This document shows, piece after piece, positions 10,021 to 22,036 of a DNA stretch of 64,000 nucleotides. Origin of the DNA: Selaginella moellendorffii (taxonomy: Eukaryota; Plantae; Lycopodiophyta); contig NW_003314323.1 in the NCBI RefSeq assembly GCF_000143415.4, positions 934,499 through 998,498 on the forward strand, in the 5' to 3' direction. Below the pieces are notes generated by a model. The model was not told the origin of the DNA. It saw only the letters and a list, made by a program, of their open reading frames with translations, and made no database searches. The stretch's first letter is position 1. Each line of letters opens with the position of its first letter. The translations under genes and the position numbers were made by a program.

Positions 10021-13000
10021 CATTTGGGAAGTAGGTTGTCCATAAAGATGTAGAGTCCATGCTTTTTATTTTAAATTTATTTATTTTGAAATTTTATTTC
10101 TAACATATTTATTTATTTGAATGATAGTATTTTACTTTTTTTTATTTTTAGAAAGCTGAAGTGACAATGACTTATACCATTGCTAAAATGTAGAATCCAT
10201 TCACCTATAAGTATAAAAATACTGCTTTTAAGGTTATGATCAATTATTTGTTAACGACATCAATGGAATTTATGAAGTCATTATGTATAATACCATTTCT
10301 AAGATAAAATGTGGATTAAAATTACTAATTTAAAGATAACTCTAACCAAAGAAGGCAAAGAATGGGTTATGCTCTAATTATTTAGCTATGATGATAACAT
10401 ATGAGCCAATAAATTTCTTATGAGCATGTAAGTTATTTATGTTTTAGAATAGAACTATTTTGATATGCAGCCTAAAACCAATTCAGAAAAGAAAGTTCCT
10501 GTACTTCAACAGTATTTCCCCAAAGAAGTATAACATTTTTATGATCATTGTTCAAGATATTTAACACTAAATGCTATGGAAAAAATGAAGTTTTATTTTA
10601 AATTAAAATCAATTAAACCATATACTTATTAGCATAGTAGAGATGTTAGTTCAATTAACATAATCATAAAAAAGAATTCTTTCAACGAATAAAAAGAAGT
10701 ACTCAACCTTATAGTGGTTTTAACAATTTCTCAAGTAATTCTAGAAAGGATAAAAGGAGAAGTCTTATTTATGAACATTGCAACAAACAAGACCATTACA
10801 AAATAAGTGTAAAATTCTGGAGAGGAGCTCATTAAATATAAAAAGATTAAAGCATTATTTATGAATGACTAAATCAATTATGAAGAGACCATTTTTGTGA
10901 GTATCAATTAAAGAGTAAATTGGTATTTGATTGGTTTTAGAAACTAAAAACCAACTAATGGAGTCATTAAAATTATGTAAAAAGATGAAAATTATTTGAT
11001 AAGAAAATAATTTGATTGCTGGATAAAGAAATATAACTTTATGAAATAAAAACTGATATAATGACTCTTTGGCAAGAAAATTATATGTTTTACATAAGAA
11101 AACAATTATTGTAGTTTTGCAAGTCTATTTGTTAGAATTTATAACATCCTTTAAAAATTTTAAATTAAGGTAAAATGGGGAATGGTCTTGAGTTTGTGTA
11201 TAATGTATAATAAAACTTATAAATCCCCCAAAAATTTTAAATCCATGCAAGATTGAGAAGTGAATCAGATTTAGATATAATGTATAATAATTTTTTTTCT
11301 TATAGTAAAAGAAATTTTTAAATTGCCAAACTAGACTGGTAGCTTGGTCAAGAATTTTATTTAGAAAAAATCCTTATACTAAAAAATTTAAATAACTGAA
11401 ATAAAATTACTCATTAGAAAATAAATAACTAAATCTAAGTGACTAGAAAAAGAAATTCATGAATTAATTTAAAAAATAATTAGTTTAAATATACCTATAA
11501 GATGCTTCATCTTTCCATATTTGAATTACGAAGTTAAAGGTAGTCATAAATGGACTTTTGATAGAAATTTTAACCAACTCATCCACTATAGATATCCTAA
11601 GTTATCCAAAAGTTATTCTTTATATAGTTAATTTTGTTGAAGCCATTTCATATATAATTATCTCAATTACAACTAATTTTAGCAAATTTTGATACTTGAT
11701 TGTCCAAAACTTATACATATAAATTATAAATAAAAGTTTTATCCTTCTATTCTTTAGTCATTATCTTTCATAAGAGGTATTTCTTAAAATTAATACTATT
11801 TTATCAGTTATCATTGCATAAATTCCTAGACTAATTCAAGTCTTTCTATAATGAAGTCAAATTGATAAATGTTAGGAAACTGAACTTCAAAAAAATATTT
11901 GAAGCCTCCAAATTTAATAATCTAGTTCATATACAATGTAAAGGATGTCTTTCTAAAACTTGATCACCACTACCAAACCCCTTTACTATACTCATTCTCC
12001 CAACAAGGACTAATTTGGGCATTGAAGATAAAAAAAAATGTTATATAACATAAAGGCTAACATCAATTACATTTAAATATTTAGAAACAATGACATTTGA
12101 TATGCAATGATCTTTAAGAGAATTAAATATTATAAAATATACTTATAAGAATATGCTTAGTATAAAACTATTAGGGTTATTCCTATCACTTTTACCCTAA
12201 AATTGTTTGATAAATAAAACAAGATGATGATGTTGTTTTGACTTTATAGAGCTGATCAAGAGTAAAATCAACCATCATAAGTCATAAAAAAAAATCAAAT
12301 AAAAAAGGAAGGAGGGATTTAAAGTATATTCACCCTTGGGTGTTTGAGAAATTCACTTATGAAGTTATAGCAAGTAATCTTGATTATTCCAAAAAACATA
12401 ATTGTTTATAAACAAGGATTTTCCAGGCATAATATGATCAAGAATTAGCTTCAAAATTGACTCAACCTCAAGACATTAGATATGCATATATTTATCTCAC
12501 TAGAACAGCATATAATCTCCTCATTTGATTCTTATGAGCTTGTTAGGGCTGGCTTAAAAAAAAAGGCTTCTAGTGTTGCAACATTAGAGGATAAAATCAA
12601 AATATATATATTTTTTGATGATAATGTCATTTGACATTATATTTCAGTTGATAAATATATGTCCATAAAAATTCTTCATTTTTTAAAAATTATTCTTTGT
12701 TCCTGAACTAACAACCTGAGCTTGTCTGAGAGACTTTTTCAACATCCACCATATAAAATAATCAAATAGTCTTAACTATATGGCAAGTAGTTGTTAAGAT
12801 CCATTTAGTGTTGTCTAAATAATAACATTAAATTTGGCTATTGTTTCCTTGCACAAAGGAGTGACATTGATGATGTCCATAGTTACAACTTAAAATTCTT
12901 TGTTGAGCTGGGCTACTATCTCCAATATCTTTCCCCAAAAGTGCAAAGATTTAAAGTTTTTAAGCCATTTATAAAGTTTAGTAGCTTGTGTTTTGTCAAG

Positions 13001-13369
13001 ATTTTGTATCTCATCTTTAAAGAACTTTAACAACAATTACAAATATTCACACATCTAACTAATTGTTCTACCCCTACTCAACCATTGAGTATGTTGGACA
13101 TATAAATATCTTTAACATATGAAAATCTAACTCCTCTTCTAATGCCTTAAGCTATTTGAAGAAAAAATATAACTACTTTCTTAATCAATATCTAAGTATG
13201 TACAAACAGCAATGACACAGAAGACAAGCCAGCCTACTCCACTTATAGAAATGATCTATTCATGTATAATTTTAATTTAAGGGTAGGAATATACCTTGCT
13301 CAAGGGTAAATTATATTTTAAGTTAATAAACCTATACCATTTTATAGTGCACTTGATTTTCACCCTTCA

Positions 13370-13930
13370 CACTAAACTGTAAACTTAGTGGAGTACAATC
13401 TAAGTTTCAAGACCTTAGGCCACTAAATTGTATATTTTTGAATTTGAACTTCACTACTCAAACCCAAGGATGTTTAACCCTAATATCTTAAAACACTTAA
13501 CCAATTATAAAAGGAGTACACTTTTAATTATGCACTTTTTCTCTCTATATTTAAACTCCTATAAATCATCTTTCAAATCATTTTTTTTGGTTATTTAATA
13601 AAACAAAGGGGCAAAGTTAAACTCCTAAGCAAGAAGCAAAGGAATTAAAGTATACAATAACTTATGAGTGTATAACCCAATGAATAAAAGGATAGAAGCA
13701 CAAATCAATATTGACAAATTCCTAAAGCATCTAACATCCCAATGCTAAATGGAATGAAATAGAGTCTAACACTATTTCAACATATTAGTGGCATAATACG
13801 AGGATATGGGTACTTCATTAGCTAACATAGTATAGAATTTAAGCTTAGACCCAAGTCAGACGCAAAACAAAAACAATCACATTTAGTAGAGAGCTAAATA
13901 ATGCCTCAAGTTAGACAGCTATGCTCGACC
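13370..13930 (-). mobile_element. Degraded LTR fragment, same family as the LTRs at 45967 and 52082
   Basis: 13781-13880 (gaggatatgggtacttcattagctaacatagtatagaatttaagcttagacccaagtcagacgcaaaacaa) aligns to the reverse complement of about 46640-46740, mostly by C>T/G>A changes. Confidence 0.8.
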
Positions 13931-16779
13931 AACATCATAAATAGAGAACTTTTATTTATTTGTACTCAAGATTGCAAATGAAAAAGCTTCACAAGAATTG
14001 TTATCTAGAAGGAAAAAAACCCCTCAAAATGAAAAAAGAAGATTGTTGTATGGAGCTAAAGGTAAATTATTAGTTAAGCTTAGGGATGAAAGTAGAGACT
14101 TATATAAGAGGCATCTGGGACCAAAACTATATTTCTTCCAAACCATTCCAACACTTAAGAAGAACTAAAAACTCTATAATAATGAGACTTATTTGATGAC
14201 ATTATAAGTTTTGATAATGGAGCTATATATTAATTATAACCTATTGTTATCTAGAAGTTAAAGACTGGCTCATAATTAATATGTATCCCTATTTTATATA
14301 GTTAATCTGCCATATATAATAATGGTAAATGCACACAAGCATGCAAATGCACCTTTTTATAGAATATCTTTCAATCTTGAAAATATAGATTTAACTCTTT
14401 GATTCGTATATACCATCTACACTATATGATACAAAATTAATAAATTATATAGAGATTCACTAAGATAATATATCATGCTCATACAAACAAATAAAAAATT
14501 TAATTTTCTTTTAATATTCGAATGGATTACAAATATTATAGAAAGTTTTATGGAGTGGATTTGTTAGTGCTTTCCATTGTGTTATTTATTTGTTCTTTTC
14601 TCTTGCTTTGGATTGTTGTTTTGAAAGTAACGGAAACATTTTTATCAATAGTAACTGTGATTTTATATTTTCGGATGGGTAATAAGGATTAATAATGTAA
14701 TATGGAAATTGTGGTAGTGACTTATATATTTTTTGTTTTCCTTGCCTCCCATCTCTGTAAAACACTAGAGAATGAATGAATGAATAAGCATTTTGAATTA
14801 TCTATATATTTCTAGCTTGATGTGTGGTGGTTAATTGTTAAAATATCAAAATGTACAATAGAAATTTCAAGTTTGTAATGAACTTAATATTCCCATTTTT
14901 ATTTGAGCCTTTAAAAGCTCTCTTTAACCAAAACATTATGAATGTTGAAAATAATAATTATAGGTTCAGGTGAACTTCTAATTCTAGAAACTACTCATTC
15001 AGTATTTTATTGTATAGCTCACATTGAAAATAGATGTTCTCCTCTTAAAAATAGAAGTTCTCCAAATTATTAACAATTAAGTTCATGAATTTCAAGTTTG
15101 CCAAGGAATAACATTTTTCTGACATGAAATTTCTTTATAAGACTTATAGTTGGCTGATATATACTTGAGCAAAATTGAGCTCAACTCAATTTTGGATAAT
15201 AGTGGCACTTTCTTGCAATCCAACTAAACAAAATCTTCAAAATACTCCTTTCATATTAAGTCATATTTTTATAACATAGTCAAGATCAACCAATCATATG
15301 TTACAACAAAGGTTCCCAAGATTCTACAAATGTCTACTATAAAAGAGTTCGAGGTGTTAACTAATCTAACCATATTTTCACTTCTATAATAAAATAAAAA
15401 GCTTTATATCAAGCCTAAGAACAATTTTCAACCTCTAAAACTTTATTTTTGCACTAAATCTTTATGGTGGCCTTCAAAAGACTCCTCTACACATTTTTCA
15501 CCCACTACCCAAGATATTGAATATGTTGTATACAAATTTTTGGTTGTTAAAGCAAGTATGATATAAAATGGCAATTTTGAAGAACATATAGTTTCTTTAC
15601 TGTTTGGATATAAAGTAAAACCTTCTTTTAGTCACATGGTCATTGATATCAATATCAGCCAATGCACAGATTTCTTTCTTCTTTTGACTTCATAATGATG
15701 AAGATGGTGAGGTGATTTATACACATATTTGTCACATTTGTGAAGTGCCTTCCAAGAGGATATTCAACACCTAGGGACTCCCACAAATTAGATAGGATGT
15801 GCTCCATCATTACCTTTAACCATTCTAGCATTAAGAAGTCTTTATTCCTCTTTCTTTCATTTTTCATTTTGTTTTTCTCTTATTTATTTTCTCCATTTTT
15901 CTTACTTTTGTTTTTATGCTTCTTTCTTCAAGTTATGAAGAGTGTTATTGAATTATAGTTTTCAACCTCATACTACTTTATCTTGATAAATTGTAGTTTT
16001 TAAGTTTTTATATCAACTTTTCCCTTTTCATCATTCTCACCATCTCAACCAACATTCCTTTTTATTTTTTAATTTGATCATTTTCTACAGTATTTCCCAC
16101 AAATGCTACTTTCATTCTTTTTTATGATACCAAAATTGGGCTTGACATTTTTTTTCAATATTTTACCCATCTTAATAATTGGTATATACAACTAAAGATT
16201 CATATCATCTATATATTACAACTGCAATAAATTAACACAAAAATTTCAACTTAGCAACAAGCTAAGATTTCTAATATTTGGTTAGGCCTTGTGTATGGAA
16301 GCATCCAAGCCCTTTTTATAGAGTGGCTTCTATCTTATTCTACTTCTTTCAACAAGTAGTAGTTTTGATATAGATAATTTATCAGTATTGATAATCTACC
16401 ACCTTTTCTTAGATAATGTTTGAGATTATGTACTTTATTGTTTACGTGGACTCTTCATAGGTTCTAACTATTCCATTCATCCACTCACTTCCTCAAGTAA
16501 TATATTGTTTTCTTTCATTTATATTGCAAATATGATTATGGTATTGAAATTATTTATCAGTGAACTTTTGAATATTCTTTTTTTATTGCCACAACAAGAG
16601 ATTAGTATTGTTAGACCTTTTATCAATCTCCACCCAAATTAATTGAGAAATTAATTTTCACATGTGCATTTGGCCAAAGGAGCATAAAGACAGAATTCTT
16701 AAATGCTATTAATCAAATATACTTGATTTAGTTAAAGAAACTCATTCATTAGCTTACACTTATTAGTGTTAAGAACCTT

Positions 16780-17475
16780 TATAATATTAAGCTTAGACCC
16801 TTAATACTTGTTAAGTGATAGTTTACCATGTCTATCAAGACACTCTCACTATTATGCTCTATGTATTAGTTCTGTTTGATCTCATTAACTATTTGTGGAA
16901 AGTGTTAAGATTTGCTAATAAGGCAGAATGTAGAGATTGTCTTAAATACGATAATCCCATGTCCAAATTTGCAATCTAATGCCATTTCATATTTAATAAG
17001 TTTTCATGATTGTTTTAGACACTAACTCTTAGGGTGAAAGCTTTTTAACTTCTTGCTTGCATACCTATCCTTGTTCAGCTTCTAACTTGAGTCTAAACTT
17101 AAGATTCATATCATGCTAGCTAATGGAGCACTTATATCCTTGCGTTAAGTTATCAATATGCTAAAATTGCACTAAGCTTTGTTTTACGTGCTGATCCTAA
17201 CTTTGGGATGTTAAATACTCTAAAACTATTTTTATATCACTTACTATTTTTGTCCCTTTGTTTATTGGGTTGTACACTCATGAGTTATTCTGTAGTTTGG
17301 TTTTTTTCTTTCTTAGGTTATATATTTTATTTCCTTTGCTCTTGGAATTTAGCTCCATCCTTTTATTCAATGGTTTAAGACCTTGAAACTTGGGTTTTAC
17401 TCCATTACCCTTGGCCACATATCTAAGGGTTTATGTTTCACTCCAGGATTATCCTTTAAAACCACATACACTATA
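16780..17475 (+). mobile_element. Degraded solo-LTR-like copy of the same family
   Basis: tgatagtttaccatgt...ggaaagtgttaagatttgct...agaatgtagagattg...tgtccaaatttgcaatcta aligns to 46260-46440. It ends aaaccacatacactata, like the LTR end aaaccacgtgtgctaca. Confidence 0.8.
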
Positions 17476-17719
17476 ATTTAACTTTGAGATGATCTTGGGA
17501 GCTAAAGGTGTTTACAATGCAATAATATATGTTATTAAGCATGGGTATGATTCTAGGGATATTCCTAAATATACTTAATGTGTTTAGGGCGTATTCATTA
17601 TTGCTGGCAATAAATCACCAATGATTACTTTGCCAACTTGAACTCAAGCAATGATCTAGTGTCCATATGACTACACCTTTACCTCCCCACACTCAACTTT
17701 CACACACACCCTCCCAGGA

Positions 17720-18158
17720 GATCCTGTGACATCTGCAGATGCTGCAAAGTACCTCAAAGCCATGGGACACCATAATCGACTTGGCATTTAGAGAGATGTA
17801 GTATGTGTGAGTGAAAAACTTAGTATGGTCCCATGCCTACCTGGGTGGTGCAGTGACTATAGGGCACCATCTCAAGTTCAGTCAGTTCGCTCGAGACAAA
17901 TTGCTTGACTACTACTTACCAGCAACTTCAATCACTCTTTGTGCCAAGAAAAAAGTTTAAATACTTAGAAACTACAACCACATCAAATAGATCCAAATGG
18001 ATAAACTTCCAGACATCATCCAACACCAGCAAGCATTTCTTCCCAAGAAGCCCCCTCCTCAGTGTTTCATTGTTCATCTGATCACCTGCTACTCCGACTC
18101 GTTGGGCAAGTTTGTGTTGCTTTGAAACTCCTTGTTCATAGTAGCTTTTAGTCAACAC
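17720..18158 (-). pseudogene. NB-ARC (NLR-type) gene fragment
   Basis: Kinase-2/Walker B motif LLGKKCLLVLDDVW. A degenerate GLPL-like segment (xCPMAL) at about 17745-17775. No P-loop or LRR recognisable. Confidence 0.7.
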
Positions 18159-18488
18159 TTTCCACTGTTTTTCTTTGTTGTTTCCATTTCGCTGCCGGGT
18201 CCAAAAAGTTATCTATCAATGACTAAATGTTGGTAGACGTTTACACGCAATTTAGGATCACCTTGGAGGCTATAAAGTCAAAGATAAAAAAAAAATTCAC
18301 GCTCCTCACAAGCTCAAGAGCTGTTCTCGCATGAAAAAAGGTTAATATCGCATATAAGTACTGCTCCAACCTCTTTGCTTCAATCATCGCTAGTTCTTTC
18401 TTGATCTCTTCCACAAGTTCGTTCTTACGAACACTCCACTCTCCAAAGCGATGAAGATAGTGGTCTCAAAATCCTGGCACTGCTGCTG

Positions 18489-19124
18489 ATGACTATGGTG
18501 ATTGTCTCTCTTTCACTCTTTACAGGTGTCGATGCCGCGGACCCCGATCCACTGCAAGACTTTTGTGTCGCCGACCTCTCCAAGGATCTCACCATGAATG
18601 GCTTCCCTTGCAAAAGAGCCTCCAACACCACCACCGAGGACTTCATCTATGGCGCCCTCAAGCGTTCAGCCAACACGAGCAATCCACTCGGTGCTGGAGC
18701 GGTGCCTGGATCTGTCTTAGAGTACCCGGGCCTAAACTCGCTGGGCCTCTCCATCTCGAGGCTCGACTTCGCGAAGGGCGGTTTGATCCCTCCTCACACA
18801 CATCCCCGCGCGTCCGAGATGATCTACGTCGTGAAGGGGAGCATGTACGCCGGGTTTGTCACCACGGACAACAAGCTCTTCGCTCGAGTCATCTCCAAAG
18901 GCGACGTGATGATCTTCCCCCGGGGTTTGATCCACTGGCAGCTCAACGTTGGAAACACCAACGCAGTGGGGATTGTCACGCTCAACTCGCAGTTCCCTGG
19001 CTTCCAGATGATCGCCAACTCCTTGTTTGGATCCAAAATCCTGGACGAGGTGTTGATGAAGGCCTTCTTCATTGACGAGAAAGCCGTGCAGCAGCTCAAG
19101 TCAATCTTCACTCCGTCTAGATAG
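18489..19124 (+). CDS. Germin-like protein, copy 3 (shortened signal peptide)
   Basis: All GLP motifs are intact. Upstream 18165-18450 is paralogous to 7945-8237. The ancestral ATG (18451) is out of frame. Confidence 0.88.
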   Translation: MTMVIVSLSLFTGVDAADPDPLQDFCVADLSKDLTMNGFPCKRASNTTTEDFIYGALKRSANTSNPLGAGAVPGSVLEYPGLNSLGLSISRLDFAKGGLIPPHTHPRASEMIYVVKGSMYAGFVTTDNKLFARVISKGDVMIFPRGLIHWQLNVGNTNAVGIVTLNSQFPGFQMIANSLFGSKILDEVLMKAFFIDEKAVQQLKSIFTPSR

Positions 19125-19149
19125 GTGAAAAAAAAACGACAATGTTGAA

Positions 19150-19685
19150 ACTTTGTCATAAACCAGATTTCCGCCAGTGTCTTGTGCTGGAGAATGCTCA
19201 AGAGCTCATTTGGTCCTCCATTCTCTTGGAAACGTTCGTTTTCTTCACGATCAAAGCAGTACCATGGCGCTTGCCAGCCTTCGTCCTCTAGCACCTTGCT
19301 AGGCTCGCTCGAAAGTCATGGGGAAGAGCTTAATTCTTAGTTCTTAGAGCGAAAAGGAAGAGACTGTACCTGTGTAGAAGATCCGATACACAGGCCTCTT
19401 CGTCTCCACATCCTCGTGAAACCATCGGCCTTGGACCAGATTTCACAACTGAATCCTCCAGTGCAGGTTGAATTGCTCACCGCAAAATTCCCCACCTGCA
19501 GCTGCCCGCGTCGAGCGTAGAAGGATGTGTCGTTTGTCCACTCGAGATCATAGAGCGTGGATCCCAGCTCCTGCCATTTGGAGCTTGCCGCTCACATTTT
19601 GGAGCAGCGCGTGGAGTTGCTCCGGCCACGGCGTTGCCGGCGCCGCAGAAGGCGAGAAGAATCGTTGTGAGCCGCAGCCAACGAA
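19150..19685 (-). pseudogene. Deleted relic of the At4g14100-like gene (cassette copy B)
   Basis: [18 protein letters not shown] is retained; the upstream exon matches 35260-35690 with many deletions and frameshifts. Confidence 0.87.
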
Positions 19686-19739
19686 AATATCCCCAAACCT
19701 GCTAAAATTTATGGTTCTTCGAGGAACAAGGAGCTTTAC

Positions 19740-19990
19740 AAGCGCTGTCCAGAGCCCACGCAGTTTCTCGCCAACATGCTAATCCGCATGTACGGTAACA
19801 GCGGCAGCATTGAGCCAGAACTTTTTCTCACGGCAAAGCGCATTGGATGATACTGAGCAAGAAAAACTGTTTTGATGCGATATTTCAGCGGATGTTACTG
19901 CCTGGAACGCAATCCGAAGCTGGGCATACAAAGAGGCGCAAAAGCTCTTTCAATGGTCTCGAGGGAGTCCTAGAACGGGTCTTCTCGGCC
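19740..19990 (+). pseudogene. PLS-PPR fragment
   Basis: FLANMLIRMYGNSGSIE (compare FLANLLIQMYGTCG of the gene at 3-1631), then frameshifted PPR-like pieces. Confidence 0.55.
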
Positions 19991-22036
19991 ATGCCCGTCA
20001 TCCTTTCTCACAGAGAAAAAATCGATTTCTAATAGAGGCATGAGATGGAGATGGCGTGCCCGACACCATTGTCGCGAGATCAGCGTCATCTTTCATCGTC
20101 ATCGAGAAAGACGGACGTGTCTCCCAGCGTGACGTGTCAAATTTCTGTCACAGTTGACAGGTCATGGACTAAAGATGTGCAGGTCAGCTTGAAAGTTTAC
20201 AATAGCAAGGTTTATGTTACATGGTACAAGCTCATTGAGTGGTGCTGGTACGATGAGAATGAGAAAAGGTACTCCAGATTTGTCAACATGACTCATTTCC
20301 AGCTACTTCAATAAAGTTCGCTTAAACACATGAGCTCGAAATCAACCTTCATTTTTCTCTATTTCCTAGAAAACAACACATATTCCAATTCTTTCCTTTG
20401 GCTAAAGTTCCTCAAAGCGAAGATCGTGAAGAGGGAGCTTGAAGATAGCTTGAAGATTGTATGAAGCATGGAGAGCGAGAATCCTTTTATGCATCCATCA
20501 GTCTCATGCTTCACGTGCGAGACTATATATTTTTCGGCTTGCGAGCAGCAGCAATGCTCATGGGCGAGAGCGCATGTCTGTTCAAATTGCGTTTCTCAAG
20601 GCAGCAACAGGATTTGATTTTTTTCGGCCAAAATTCAATTAGACAATTACTAGAATAGGGGCAGCCTCTGGCCTACGTTGTAAGTTTTTGCGAAACAGGC
20701 AGCGCTCACACCAGCTCAGGTCCATGCGTGGTTATTATCGTCTCGACAAGTCTAGCTTTGGGCCACAGGGGTCTCACTGTGCCTCTCCAGTTCCCAGATT
20801 CAATTCCAAATATGCCATATTATTATAATTAGTGTACTCGGTCGGCGTCAACAAGCTCGCGTTTCTGACCGGAACATGTCCTGAGAGATATCAAGGGCTG
20901 GTGAAGTAGCCAGGAGAGCTTCACTCCGCGCGGTCACTCCGGAGGGACTTGCTAGTGTGGGATGCGTTGGTAAGATTTTTCCTTTGTGGCCACAGTTCAA
21001 GATGTTGGAGTGATCGGGCTCTCCCAAGTCAAACCATCCCTTAAATAACATTTCCCCGCGGATGATTTATCTAGCCCATCCTGCCAGCTTGCTAGACCTA
21101 ATTCTCTCCTTTTCTGAGATTCAAACTGTGAGAAGAGCAAGCTCAAACCTCATGCCCCACACTACCTATAAACAAACTTACTCTCGCTCACGAGTTTCAA
21201 CGAGGAACTTTTAAGGAAAGCCAAGCAGGAAAACGAAACAAAATGGATGCAGCAGAACAGACGAACCGCAGCATCTGTTATTACGCCTCGCTTGGCACAA
21301 GGCGGAGGAGAAGAAACACTAACAACTCAACAGGCGAATAAAAAAGGGTGGCCAAAGAAGCGGAGGAGCTCTAAAAGGTCAAGAATCCGCTGTGATGTCA
21401 CATGCCGAAGTCCTAAGGTACTTGCTGCTCGCTGCTGCGGGGACACTAATCTCACCTTAATCGCTCTCCATGTGTTGCATGTGCACAGGAGGCGTGCTTA
21501 CAACTATTGCCACGTCCTTGGTAACCCTGGAAGCGCTTCACCACTGCTTTCAATCAACCCACGCAAGCAAAATCTCCAGCGGATACATTAATTCAACTTC
21601 ACCCACCTGTGCCAGAATAATTTCCTTAGGCAGTCCTTGAAATTTGGAAACATTTTTTGCCGTCCTCCAGAGGTATCGGAGCTGTGTCGCGCTTAAAGAT
21701 TCGAGCTTCGAAAGTACGGTGTTCGTGGCATCTTCACCTCCTCGAGCTCGATATCTAGATGAGGGGCAGCCGCGCGTGGAAGTCCTCAGCGCTGGGAACT
21801 CCAAGGAGGCATGAGCGTGGCAGAAGTGGAACGGATCTAGCACGATTGGTGTGTGCAGGGAGCACTCTTTTTCCTTTTCTCTGTTTTGTTCCGGTGCTCC
21901 TTACTATAATATATCTAACGCTTGAAACTAACCATAACCGCTGGACCTCTCCACGGAGGAAGAATGCCAAGTTCATCACAACTGCGCTGCCTATCAACAT
22001 AAGTCCATCAGCATAATATATCGCGGTGACACATCC

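Larger units (their letters stand above)
10050..17600. mobile_element. Extremely AT-rich, heavily decayed transposon debris
   Basis: No convincing ORF over about 7.5 kb; both C and G are depleted. Contains recognisable relics of the 46-53 kb LTR family. Confidence 0.7.

Noticed and set aside
15655-15958. ORFs in the AT-rich tract, faintly like LINE ORF1
   Set aside because: Similarity too weak to call; treated as transposon debris.
20040-22030. Short ORFs (20045-20314, 20848-21051, 21550-21843)
   Set aside because: Coding-like pieces but unassignable and without a coherent gene model.
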